DNA from: a virus
Length of the DNA: 64,000 nucleotides
UHGV virus genome: UHGV-0036853
Direction: 5' to 3' (one strand)
Shown piece after piece: positions 10,170 to 19,958 of the stretch; the stretch's first letter is position 1; the number at the start of each line of letters is the position of its first letter. The notes under the pieces were generated by a model, which was not told the DNA's origin, ran no database searches, and saw only the letters and a program-made list of their open reading frames with translations. The translations under genes and the position numbers were made by a program.

Positions 10170-12278
10170 TCACTTCAAAATGATACGAGATAGTTCAGTA
10201 ACTACAGATGAACCAAGACTATCAACGCTCGTTACCAGGGCATGATTTGCGTAAAATCTCTCCGGTGCGTCAGTCATTATGCCAATTGCCATCAAATCAA
10301 TGTCAGTCTGCGTTTCAATTTGCTTCGCAACCGAACGCAAATGAGCGTCAAAACCTCTCCCAACAGCCCACGGCGCGCCATCACTCAGAATAAGCATGAT
10401 CTTCCTGTCCTCCATGCGACCGGAAAATAACGATGCAAGGCTGGCTATGCTTTCACCATCCACGTTATTAAGAAGTGGGAATGTGTAGCCTACGCACCCC
10501 ATACGTGAGCGAACTTCGCGAGAATTTACCTTTTCATTCCAATTTTTGATGATAGGTAGCATTAAAGATTCAAAGCGAGAGAACTCATACTTGACAGCCT
10601 TAAGTTCTCCTGCCGCCATATGACTACCAAATGTAGTGAAGCCGGTGATAATGTTGGGAACATTTATTCGATCAAGGGCATCGGCGATGGTATATGCACT
10701 TGCAAGAGCCAATTGTATCGTTATACCACTCATTGAACCTGATAAATCAATCACTTGTTGAACACAGGCGTTAACGGCTTTAGATTCTTCTTTTTTACGA
10801 AACACGCGATCATCATTCATTGCTAATCTGTAGATACTAGAACCATGAATGCGCCCCCGACGCTGGCCCGGTATAAACTGAACTCTGTTTCTGCTTGCTA
10901 TTGCACGTTCCAGGTCTTTTGCTAGCGTCGACGAAACACCTGACGAAAGATGCTTTTCAATATATTTGTCGAAGAGCTGGTTGCCTTCAGGAACGATGCG
11001 ATAGCGGCTGATTGGATATCCTCCTAAATCAATATCGGAGAATGTTTTAATAAGCCGTTTGATATGGGCTTCTGCCTGATCAATCGAGCCGATGAAGTCG
11101 TATGAGCGATTGTATGGCCTGTATTCGCTTTTCGAGCTTTCTGTTAACTCGCTTTTAATCGTTTCGGATAGAGCATCTTCTGTCATGCCTCCGACTTCAT
11201 CTTCTATGCTATCCAGCTCCTCTAAAGCCTCTTCCAGACTCATTTTTGACGGAGTTGGAATATCTGAAGAGCCGTCTTCTGTCGTTTTTCTTTTTTCGTG
11301 GTCAGCGGTTAATGATTCTGACGCCGCGTTATCAGAAGCATCAGAATCTGATACCTCTTTATCATTTTCTGTATCATCGAATATTGTTTCTGATGATTCA
11401 GAATTATCTGAATCATCACTGTCGTTATTATCATGTTTGTGCTTACTATGTGATTCTGAGTTGATAGATTTGTGATTATCTAACGCTGAGGGTGTCTCAT
11501 GATCTTCGTTGTCTTCATTGTTTTCTCCAGAGGCATCCGTCTGGTCAGCGTCTGAAGGATCGGAAGTTTTTCCCGGAGCTGACTCCTTACCTTTGCTTTC
11601 ACTTTCAGTGTCTTTGAGGATCTTAGCTATGGTCGCAGCCACCTTTACACAATCCTCGGTGCAAGACATGTTACGCACGGCCACATCGATACCATGTTCT
11701 TTTAATAATGAAATTGGTTTCTCAATGACAGGCCAATATTCATCCATGAAATCTACGAACGGTGCTTGGCCATCCCAGGCTCTTACAACCGGACAGAGAA
11801 AGAAGTTTAGAAAAAGCGCGCGCTGATCTTTGCCACAATAAGCAATAGCCTCTGAAGCCTTTGGTTTAAAGACTTTTTCGATAATAAGGCGCTGAGTTGC
11901 CATCAGATTACGTCTTGTTCCGTTAAAGACCTGACCCATTTTTCGCTCGATGAACACGTCTTCTAAGGCATTCCATAGCGACCAGGAAGGAACGCGTCCT
12001 TTTCCTCTCATTTTGTTGGACACACGAATATCGGTAAACAAAATGTGAGCAACCTCATGATCGAGAAATCCGCGCACAGCATTCATCAATGCCGGTGTTG
12101 CGTTATCCGGGATTGATGGGATGTTTACGAGAATTGGCTCTCCATCATCGTTATAGCGTACATAAGCGTCGTCCCCTCGTTCTGCAACAGGGATGTTTTT
12201 ACCTGAAAGGAGAGCGACTACTCGTTTTACACTGTCACGGAAGTCCTGAACCTCTTTGATGGAACGTTTTTTAGACAT
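10170..12278 (-). CDS. CobT-like von Willebrand factor A (vWA) domain protein
   Basis: MIDAS motif DLSGSMSG; long acidic Ser/Asp-rich low-complexity insert (about 11200-11600). Confidence 0.7.
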   Translation of the reverse strand: MSKKRSIKEVQDFRDSVKRVVALLSGKNIPVAERGDDAYVRYNDDGEPILVNIPSIPDNATPALMNAVRGFLDHEVAHILFTDIRVSNKMRGKGRVPSWSLWNALEDVFIERKMGQVFNGTRRNLMATQRLIIEKVFKPKASEAIAYCGKDQRALFLNFFLCPVVRAWDGQAPFVDFMDEYWPVIEKPISLLKEHGIDVAVRNMSCTEDCVKVAATIAKILKDTESESKGKESAPGKTSDPSDADQTDASGENNEDNEDHETPSALDNHKSINSESHSKHKHDNNDSDDSDNSESSETIFDDTENDKEVSDSDASDNAASESLTADHEKRKTTEDGSSDIPTPSKMSLEEALEELDSIEDEVGGMTEDALSETIKSELTESSKSEYRPYNRSYDFIGSIDQAEAHIKRLIKTFSDIDLGGYPISRYRIVPEGNQLFDKYIEKHLSSGVSSTLAKDLERAIASRNRVQFIPGQRRGRIHGSSIYRLAMNDDRVFRKKEESKAVNACVQQVIDLSGSMSGITIQLALASAYTIADALDRINVPNIITGFTTFGSHMAAGELKAVKYEFSRFESLMLPIIKNWNEKVNSREVRSRMGCVGYTFPLLNNVDGESIASLASLFSGRMEDRKIMLILSDGAPWAVGRGFDAHLRSVAKQIETQTDIDLMAIGIMTDAPERFYANHALVTSVDSLGSSVVTELSRIILK

Positions 12279-12295
12279 GTCTAATCCTTTGTTAT

Positions 12296-12330
12296 GAAAA
12301 CAAATTGTTTACTAGTGTGTTTAATGTAGC
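12296..12330 (-). promoter_or_regulatory. conserved AAACAAnTTGTTT-type motif upstream of vWA gene
   Basis: motif family 2. Confidence 0.5.
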
Positions 12331-12376
12331 ACTGCGCGAACAGGGAACTAAGCCATTCGCGCAGGGAGAAGAGGGG

Positions 12377-12589
12377 TTAACAGATTCTGACGGCTAAAGA
12401 CCCGGAGCCGGTATTGAGAAGCGTGAAGCGTTTGTTGTTAAGTTCGAATATAAAGCCAGTTGTGTCATTCACACCAACCTGAATCTGCTCATTCGGTAGA
12501 TCGGTGAGGATGTCAGCTACACACTCATCAGCTAATTTCTGTACGTGTCCGATCTCAAGAGCGATTAGGCTGGAAATAGTGGTTTTCAT
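12377..12589 (-). CDS. hypothetical protein
   Basis: ORF only. Confidence 0.3.
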   Translation of the reverse strand: MKTTISSLIALEIGHVQKLADECVADILTDLPNEQIQVGVNDTTGFIFELNNKRFTLLNTGSGSLAVRIC

Positions 12590-12840
12590 TCAATCAATCC
12601 ATTCTAACTTATACTATGGTAAGGAATACTACTAAAATTTGTATCAATACTGAATACATCCATATCAGATGCAAGTTAATTTTCTTACCTATTTTGGGCT
12701 AGTTTTTCTCCATGCATGGACCTTTACTCGGTCTTACAAGTGCCTGCCGAAAAAAATGATAATAGCTTTACAACCCTAACCTTTGATGTAATATCGGTAA
12801 GCACTTACCAGAGAGAATTAAACGCGCAAAGGTTGTAACA

Positions 12841-13227
12841 ATGTCTGACAACAAGATTGAATTTATAGAAAGTCGCTATGCTGCTTTTATCGCAGGGCTG
12901 ATTGAATCCTCACCTATGAGTCAGGCCCAAATAGCCAGACTTATTGGTTATAAAAATGCCAACAACCTTTCTTTAATTAAAAGTGGCAAAATTCCTTTGC
13001 CTATCGATAAGGTTCGTCCGTTGGCGCTGGCGCTGGGTATTGAGCCAAGTCGTCTTATGATGATGGTGCTGGAAGAACGCCAACCTGAACTCGCAGCATT
13101 TTTATACAAAGAAGGCACCGCTCCTCTTAACGAGGACGAAAAACAGGTTCTTGCTGCATATAACGAGCGATTCGGTAAAGAGAAAGGCGCATCACAAAAG
13201 GTTGTTGAGGCCATAAAGTCTCTATGA
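12841..13227 (+). CDS. HTH (XRE-like) transcriptional regulator
   Basis: helix-turn-helix signature SQAQIARLIGYKNANNLSLIKSG; convergent with integrase. Confidence 0.55.
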   Translation: MSDNKIEFIESRYAAFIAGLIESSPMSQAQIARLIGYKNANNLSLIKSGKIPLPIDKVRPLALALGIEPSRLMMMVLEERQPELAAFLYKEGTAPLNEDEKQVLAAYNERFGKEKGASQKVVEAIKSL

Positions 13228-14325
13228 AAAATTTACACGAATAAGCTCTGTTGATAGACGATCTCCCTTGAATTTGTGGTCAATTTCGTCTAAATCCGGT
13301 TGCTCTACGATTGATGCGATGTACGTCGAGAAACTTTCTAAGGCGTCTCGCATCTCGTCCATATAATCGTGCCGGTCGTAGACCCGATCTATCCCCTCAA
13401 GACTGTGGTTCATGATTTTGCGTGATACCTCCTGGCTTATGCCTAATGCTGGGAAGTAACTACGCGCAGTACGGCGCAAATCTCGGGGTGTAAATGGCTC
13501 AAGCTCCATCAGTTCTGGTCTTTCCAGAATACGACGTAATGCCTGGGCTATTGCCACTTTGGACATAGGAAGGTCTTTCCCGATTTTTTTATTCGAAGGC
13601 ACGAGCCACTGGCTGTCTTTACCGTATTCGAACAACTCTTCAATGCATGTGCGCATTAATGTGCTTAAAGGCAGCGAATGCTCACGTGCTGACTTGTTTC
13701 TCTTGCCTTGATTCCAAACCCCACGCTTAAGATTGAACTCACTTTTTTTAGCCCGCAGTACTTCGTCAGGTCGTCTTGCTGATACAAGACACAGCCTGGC
13801 CGCCCATTTTGTACCAGCGCACACATTGAAGTAGTCCCATATATTCCAGAACACCCATACCTCTGCGTCGGTCAGCTTCCGCTCGCGAGGTGTGGGCTTT
13901 GCGCCACCGGCAACTTTGTTTAGTGACATATCGTTTAACGGTGACACGTCTATCATCCCCTGGAAGGCGCACCAGCTAAGGAACTGCTTCATCAGAGAGA
14001 AAACGCGGCGGCCCATAACAATTTTGCCATCCAGTATTAGTGGGTTGACCAGTTGGTTCACCATGAACCTATTAATGTCACTTACTTTTACATCGGCAAT
14101 GTGCGGCAAAACATGTATCAAAATACAATGAACAGCGATCTCTGGCCGACGTCTGGTTATCAGCAGAGATAAGCGAGTGAATAACATGAATGCGTCCGAG
14201 AATCTCATATCATTGCTAACCTGCGAGATCATAACGGCCTGCATTTGAGATGCTCTTTCGAGATACTCAATCGCCTCTTTTGAGGTGTTCTCCGCAGCGC
14301 GTGCTCTGTCAAAGCTATTTTTCAT
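13222..14325 (-). CDS. tyrosine recombinase / integrase
   Basis: C-terminal catalytic region with RDLRRTARS, NHSLEG and Y in DRHDYMD. Confidence 0.75.
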   Translation of the reverse strand: MKNSFDRARAAENTSKEAIEYLERASQMQAVMISQVSNDMRFSDAFMLFTRLSLLITRRRPEIAVHCILIHVLPHIADVKVSDINRFMVNQLVNPLILDGKIVMGRRVFSLMKQFLSWCAFQGMIDVSPLNDMSLNKVAGGAKPTPRERKLTDAEVWVFWNIWDYFNVCAGTKWAARLCLVSARRPDEVLRAKKSEFNLKRGVWNQGKRNKSAREHSLPLSTLMRTCIEELFEYGKDSQWLVPSNKKIGKDLPMSKVAIAQALRRILERPELMELEPFTPRDLRRTARSYFPALGISQEVSRKIMNHSLEGIDRVYDRHDYMDEMRDALESFSTYIASIVEQPDLDEIDHKFKGDRLSTELIRVNFS

Positions 14326-14413
14326 ATGACAATCACCGAGTTACGCCGATTCACTGTATAAGTAAACAGTATATTAGGCATAGATTCTTATAGGATCAAG
14401 AGTAAAAGTAACT

Positions 14414-14446
14414 CATTTTCACTAATGATTCCATACATAGTAGGTA
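14414..14446. promoter_or_regulatory. perfect 13-bp-arm inverted repeat, candidate operator
   Basis: aatgattccatac atagtag gtatggaatcatt; half-site copies near 17238-17254 and 18251-18267. Confidence 0.5.
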
Positions 14447-14509
14447 TGGAATCATTTAGACGTTGTTTTTTGAATTTTAAGGGAAACAGGAGTGAGTTTG
14501 GTGGGAATA

Positions 14510-14533
14510 AAAAAACGGCTCCTGTGAGCCGTT
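14510..14533 (-). terminator. intrinsic terminator downstream of glutaredoxin gene
   Basis: hairpin cggctcctgtgagccg followed by T-run on minus strand. Confidence 0.55.
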
Positions 14534-14537
14534 AAAA

Positions 14538-14783
14538 TCAGAGGGTGCTGACGTATGCAGCCAGTTCTGTGTATCCGCCAATCGGCTGGCCATCGATCAG
14601 CACCTGGGGGATAGTCTCTACCGGTTTACCAACAATTTCACTTAGTTTTTCCTTGTCGATACCGGCAGTGGTGATGTCGATGTACTCATAATCACCGTAG
14701 CCATGTCCCTTTAGTTGCTTCGCCAGCTCGACTGCACGTTTGCAGTATGAGCAGTTATCTCGTCCGTAGATAGTGATCGTCAT
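14538..14783 (-). CDS. glutaredoxin (GrxA/NrdH-like)
   Basis: CSYC active site; KPVETIPQVLIDGQPIGGY matches the glutaredoxin fold. Confidence 0.8.
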   Translation of the reverse strand: MTITIYGRDNCSYCKRAVELAKQLKGHGYGDYEYIDITTAGIDKEKLSEIVGKPVETIPQVLIDGQPIGGYTELAAYVSTL

Positions 14784-14956
14784 AACCTAACAAATACCTT
14801 TATAAATATTGATTCGAACATATCAGACTATACTACAAACAGATTTTTTTGATAAGTATGTAGTAACTTATTGATTGACTGGTAAACAATTGAAGTGATT
14901 ATGACAATAGATTACAGTAAGGATTGCCTTGAAATGTACATTTTATAGAGGTTTTA

Positions 14957-15865
14957 ATGATTGGTAAGTTGTCTGATTCTTTGATTGAAAATAAATACAA
15001 CGAATTTAGAGAAGAAATATCTTTACTTTTTGACTATTTAAATCAGATAAATGATACAACAAAGAAAAATATAAAACGTCTTCTAAAAGAAGTGGAGTAT
15101 GCACAGAATCCAGATACTATTATTAATATTAATGAAACTATTAAGATTAAGTGTGGCACAACGTTAGCTCGCCATTTATGTTCAAACCCATATACAGGTT
15201 CAACATTAGAGATAGGTAACAGCGCCATTGATTTAGAAGAAAAGATAAGATTGTGTAATGTTTTGAAGAATAAACAATATCAGTGGGTTATTACTGAAGC
15301 CTATGAGTTACTGGAAGACTATATTGAGGCAATATATGTCTATACTGTATGTGTTCGAAATGATTTCTGGTCCTCAAGTAATTTTGGTAAGGTTGAAGAT
15401 GATGACATTGGGAAAGGGGAAGTTTATTACAAATTATTAAAAGCAAAAAGTAACCCATCGAAAAAAATAATTAAAATTTTCAGAAATAAAATACCTGGCT
15501 TCAAAGAGATAGAAATAAACAACAAGATTGGTAAAAACTATCGCTTTAACATCAAGCTAATTGAACTACTAAGACATACAATAGTACACAATAGTGGACG
15601 ATTCAATGATACAGAAAAATTTATAAATAAGGTTTTAGATGAATCTGAAATAAACGGTAAGAAAAGAGTTATTGGAGAAAGAGCTGTTAGAAGTTACATT
15701 GCTAAAGTGCAAGAAGATGATATTGTAATGCTCTTAGAAAGACCATCTGAAATTTTTGGTTCTTTTGGTGGTTATTTTAACAGAGCAAAATTTTTACTAA
15801 GTGATATTTTAGAATACTCACTAATCATTAAAGAAGAACTAAAATCATATCTAGGCAATCATTAA
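14957..15865 (+). CDS. AT-rich accessory protein, possible HEPN-type (Abi-like) protein
   Basis: 302 aa, low GC by eye, Rx4H motif RHTIVH, own terminator; functional call is weak. Confidence 0.4.
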   Translation: MIGKLSDSLIENKYNEFREEISLLFDYLNQINDTTKKNIKRLLKEVEYAQNPDTIININETIKIKCGTTLARHLCSNPYTGSTLEIGNSAIDLEEKIRLCNVLKNKQYQWVITEAYELLEDYIEAIYVYTVCVRNDFWSSSNFGKVEDDDIGKGEVYYKLLKAKSNPSKKIIKIFRNKIPGFKEIEINNKIGKNYRFNIKLIELLRHTIVHNSGRFNDTEKFINKVLDESEINGKKRVIGERAVRSYIAKVQEDDIVMLLERPSEIFGSFGGYFNRAKFLLSDILEYSLIIKEELKSYLGNH

Positions 15866-15869
15866 CAAA

Positions 15870-15896
15870 AAAAGGGGCCGAAGCCCCTTTGAATTT
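15870..15896 (+). terminator. intrinsic terminator
   Basis: ggggccgaagcccc hairpin followed by T-rich tract. Confidence 0.7.
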
Positions 15897-16044
15897 TGCG
15901 CTGAAAAAAGTGTTGCTAGGATGTTAGCAAGCTATGGTTAAGAACGTCTGCCGTAATTGTCTATCACAGCGTTGAGCGGTCTGGTTTATGTTAGCGGAGT
16001 CTTAATCTGGGTGATTAAAAGGCCAAACCGCTCAACGCTGTGTC

Positions 16045-16131
16045 TGGCGGAGAGTAATGGAATCGAACCATCATCGCTTGCGCAATGGGACGGTTTTCAA
16101 GACCGCTTGAGCACCATGCTCCCTACTCTCC
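16045..16131 (-). tRNA. tRNA-Ser (anticodon UGA), long variable arm
   Basis: cloverleaf by hand: acceptor GGAGAGT/ACTCTCC, anticodon loop CTTGAAA, T-loop GGTTCGATTCC, encoded CCA. Confidence 0.7.
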
Positions 16132-16799
16132 GGCCGTTGTGGTGGCCGGTACTGAATCTCCGGCATACGGTGCAGCCAATTAGGACTACGGACGATCACC
16201 GCTCGCGAAAGGGAAGATTTGCGGCCGCATTTCCCTAACATCCAAGAAAGCTATCGCATCAGTCTGCGAATCCACCACAACGGAAAGAGCATTCACGTCT
16301 CGCGTGCCACCACGAATGGCAACTCAGAGAGTCGAACTCTGAAAATGCTCTTACCTGTTGTGTGCTGTGTCACTCCCTCCGCTATTACCTGGCTTTGCCT
16401 CGACCTTTTAGGTTGCGTCCGATGATAAACAGGGCTGTCGGAAATTTGTCTGTGACACAGCGATAAGAGAACTCGATGCATTTAAGCCAAGCCCCATATG
16501 GGAAGTTCTCTTATCTGTTGTGCGCTCCGTTTCGTGGAGCTAACGGCGGGTGAACAGGCCGCACCAGGTTGGACATATTTCAGCGTTATGCTGTTGCAAG
16601 AGAGCCAAATTGTGATGGTCGGTGCTGAACTCCGACACAGGGTTGTAGCAAGCCCCGCAAAGCGCGCACTACTGTAGTTGCGGCACATCAGCCTGTGCAT
16701 TCACCACAATGTTGAGAACACTGGTTGTCACGCTGCAACGCAACATTTATTCATAGATTGGGATATGACCCCGTTACGCCAATGTTCTCAATATTATGT

Positions 16800-16875
16800 T
16801 GGTGCCGGTTAACGGACTTGAACCGCTGACCATTCGCTTACAAAGCGACTGCTCTACCAACTGAGCTAAACCGGC
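16800..16875 (-). tRNA. tRNA-Thr (anticodon UGU)
   Basis: acceptor GCCGGTT/AACCGGC, D-arm TAGCTCAGTTGGTAGAGCA, anticodon loop TTTGTAA, T-loop GGTTCAAGTCC, CCA. Confidence 0.75.
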
Positions 16876-16879
16876 AATT

Positions 16880-16966
16880 TGGTGGGGAGTGATGGAGTCG
16901 AACCACCCGAGTCGCAATGACAGTAGATTTACAGTCTACCCCGCTACCCCTACGGACTAACTCCCC
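16880..16966 (-). tRNA. tRNA-Tyr (anticodon GUA), long variable arm
   Basis: acceptor GGGGAGT/ACTCCCC, anticodon arm GTAGA-CTGTAAA-TCTAC, T-loop GGTTCGACTCC, CCA. Confidence 0.7.
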
Positions 16967-16971
16967 TAAAT

Positions 16972-17046
16972 TGGCGATGGTGGGTGGATTCGAACCACCG
17001 ACCAGTTGGTTAACAGCCAACTGCTCTACCGCTGAGCTACACCATC
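16972..17046 (-). tRNA. tRNA-Asn (anticodon GUU)
   Basis: acceptor GATGGTG/CACCATC, anticodon arm GTTGG-CTGTTAA-CCAAC, T-loop GGTTCGAATCC, CCA. Confidence 0.7.
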
Positions 17047-17824
17047 AATTCGGCACTGCCAGTATTTATTACTCAACAGTGCCAATCGCGACGGTTTAGT
17101 TTCTGCCAGGAAACGCACCGCTACTTGCACTTTTCGTTAGTGCCAGACGCTTTCGACTTCGCTCAATAGTAGAAGGCAAACTCTTTAAGTAGATGATGTT
17201 TCTGAGGACAGCACCTACTTTGTAATTTATACAATGTGATGTATGGAATCATTTGTTGTGAAAACAGGCACCAATGGCAACAGTGGTTAAACCTACACAA
17301 CTATTCTGTCTTCACAACGTTGAGGCCACTACTCCGATTGAATGTTTGCCCAACATGTTACATATCAACGCTCGCCGGTATCTCTGTGAATAGAACCTTA
17401 GAATTGATAAAAATGTAATGGCCTCAACGTTGTGTGCTGGCTAACCATACCAGCCGGGCTACGTCGCCGCTTTTTAACCCAGTATAAACGACATAATTGA
17501 ACAAAATGACGTAACAGAATGGGCGGTCAGTGGCTAAGAATCCGGGAGTCATATGGAGTTGAAAATATACCGACCGCCCATTCTGTTACTTCATCGGAGG
17601 GAACACTCATGTTCCCTCCTGCGTTCTGCAATCACACTCGCTCAGTGTGTCCCATTTCGGTAACGAGGCTGGAAACTGACCTCGCTGGTGTTTGGCTTAT
17701 TAGGCTACTGCCAGATAGACTTCTTCGTTTGCACTTGTATTTAAGTTCAAACAGTCGCGTCTCAACGAAAACAAAGTCATCTTATACACAAAAGATAAGT
17801 AAGTAAATACTTATCAATATGTTT

Positions 17825-18115
17825 TTATTCGGTTGTGACTTTTTTGATCAAGGCCACTCTAGGACTAGGTGTTCTTGTAATGGTGGCAGTGAATCGTTTC
17901 GCTTGGATAGTAATGGTTTCGTTCTCCTTAAGTTGCCCGTAGCGAGTTTCCACCAGGGTGCCAAGACGCCACAGACCATCATCGATACGTTTATGACTAG
18001 CAAATTTAATCAGCAACAGTTTTACGACTAACTGACCTACGTAAAAGGCGAATGCGACTCCGGCCGCTAAGAAATAGGTGGCCAACCACCAGTCCCAAGA
18101 AGTTAAATTGCTCAT
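17825..18115 (-). CDS. small membrane protein (hypothetical)
   Basis: N-terminal hydrophobic helix WWLATYFLAAGVAFAFYV. Confidence 0.4.
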   Translation of the reverse strand: MSNLTSWDWWLATYFLAAGVAFAFYVGQLVVKLLLIKFASHKRIDDGLWRLGTLVETRYGQLKENETITIQAKRFTATITRTPSPRVALIKKVTTE

Positions 18116-18260
18116 TTTCTAACCTTTGTTTCATGAACTACCCGATACACACGCTTTCCGATGCACAGTGTTTTGGTTTTAAGTTCCTGCTTAATTAAGT
18201 CACGACAGATGCCGAAGCCGATAAGGAAGCCACCCATAAAAGCTAATGAGATGTATGGAA

Positions 18261-18476
18261 TCATTTTAACACTCCTGATTCTACTAATTGCTGTAGCAAT
18301 ACTTTCCCTTTATCAGTTAACTGGTAGTTGGCCGAACACTTCGTTTCAGAAACGTTTGCAACCAACCCTAACCGCTCTAACTTAGCCCGCGTTTTAGGCT
18401 TCCAGTACTCAGGGAACTCTGACCACTTACTGATTTCATGAAGCGTTTCCTTCTCCCGCTTACTTAATACGATCAT
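18261..18476 (-). CDS. hypothetical protein
   Basis: ORF only. Confidence 0.35.
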   Translation of the reverse strand: MIVLSKREKETLHEISKWSEFPEYWKPKTRAKLERLGLVANVSETKCSANYQLTDKGKVLLQQLVESGVLK

Positions 18477-18635
18477 CCTTAATCTCCTTCACTGTGTGGG
18501 TTATTTCTACAATGCGATAAATACGACCGCGTCGTTCTATAACACCGCTTTTAATGTAGTCATTGATGCAACTGGACATCACCACAATACCGATTAAAAA
18601 ACCAACCGCTAAAAATGCAATCATCCAGCCGAGCA

Positions 18636-19958
18636 TCATTCTTTATCTCCGATTCGATCTTCTGTATCGCGTAAGCAACGCGGCCATTTCAGTCGTGGGT
18701 GGCGTAAGCTGCCATCCGGCGTTTTCTCGTGACAATGAACCTCGACAATACGACCACGGTACTTCTCTTTATTGTTCCAGATCTCGTCCAGATATTTATG
18801 CTTAATGCCGCTCGCACGAACAATCACACCGTTTTCAAGTCGAATAACAATTTTTCCAAGCGTGTTGGCAAAACCAGAGTCCGGGTCGCCCGGCTCAAAG
18901 TCGATAATTTCACCATCTTCTGAATCTTCGTCTTTTAACTTCCACCAGCTGCGGGTACGTTTAAACTCGTAAACAGAGTTCGGATCTTTGCCCATCTCCC
19001 CTTCTTCGTTATCGTCCAGGCGTTTCATGAAGCGTTCGATGAAGTCTTCGTGGCTATGGATGATGTAGAACGGATGTAGGTGAATGTCTTGCGCGTAGTC
19101 TTCACTGCGATCGTTTTTGAACAACGCCACGAGAATAGCCAGGCGCTCTTTCAGCTTCATACCTGTCTTTGCATACTCTTTGGATTTAGCCTGTGCCCGC
19201 CATTCCGGTAGGAAGAAGTCGAAAACATGATAAATAGCGCCAATTGCCTGCACGTTCTTTTTGCGCAATGCAGATACGGACTGGTTAAATGAACCGGCTG
19301 TTCCTTCACCATCGAAGAAGATGTGTTTGTGGCCTGAAAGTTTGCCTAATTCGAGCATGGCTGGCTTTAGGTGATCGAGAGACGTGATTGGATTACCAGT
19401 ACGAGAAAGGAAGTTCACCTCTTCCTCGTCAACAATAACCTCGCAAATTACTCGCAAACCATCGAGCTTAAGGCTGCCAATCATCGGCCATTTTGCTTTA
19501 GGATTTGGCTTGAAGGGGTATTTGTCGCCTTTTTCTTTATACGGTGACGCCAGCTGCACCTCGAATTTCGGAATGGGATTTTCAAAAACCTTGTTGCATA
19601 GGCTAATCCCAACGCCAGCTTTCGGATCTTTTAAGAGGAAACGACGGAACACGTCCTGCCCATCGGCGCACATTGACGCCACGATAGACTCAACAGCAGC
19701 TATTGCTGCGTTCCCCGTCAGCTCGCGAGAGGCCAGCTTATTCAGTATATCAATGGCTTTTTCGTCACTTGGGACGGACTCACTAAGCGGCTCTGCCACT
19801 TTGTATTTCTTTACCCCAAAACGGATGAAAGGGTTGAGCATCAATGAAACCATGCTTTGCTCGAAGTCATCCATGTTGGCCAATGCCTCTTTTTTTGCAT
19901 TGGTTCCCATAGTTTTCATTTCGTCCAGCTTATGCTTAAGTGCGATCAACTTTTTCAT
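18636..19958 (-). CDS. ATP-dependent DNA ligase
   Basis: adenylation motif I KLDGLR; FFDGEG; basic C-terminal block. Confidence 0.8.
   Translation of the reverse strand: MKKLIALKHKLDEMKTMGTNAKKEALANMDDFEQSMVSLMLNPFIRFGVKKYKVAEPLSESVPSDEKAIDILNKLASRELTGNAAIAAVESIVASMCADGQDVFRRFLLKDPKAGVGISLCNKVFENPIPKFEVQLASPYKEKGDKYPFKPNPKAKWPMIGSLKLDGLRVICEVIVDEEEVNFLSRTGNPITSLDHLKPAMLELGKLSGHKHIFFDGEGTAGSFNQSVSALRKKNVQAIGAIYHVFDFFLPEWRAQAKSKEYAKTGMKLKERLAILVALFKNDRSEDYAQDIHLHPFYIIHSHEDFIERFMKRLDDNEEGEMGKDPNSVYEFKRTRSWWKLKDEDSEDGEIIDFEPGDPDSGFANTLGKIVIRLENGVIVRASGIKHKYLDEIWNNKEKYRGRIVEVHCHEKTPDGSLRHPRLKWPRCLRDTEDRIGDKE

Noticed and set aside
13222-14325. Integrase as part of an insertion sequence or transposon
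   Set aside because: It is a tyrosine recombinase with no flanking terminal inverted repeats or transposase; it fits a phage integrase or resolvase better
16838-17099. ORFs 16838..17020 and 16917..17099
   Set aside because: They overlap the tRNA-Thr, tRNA-Tyr and tRNA-Asn genes; spurious
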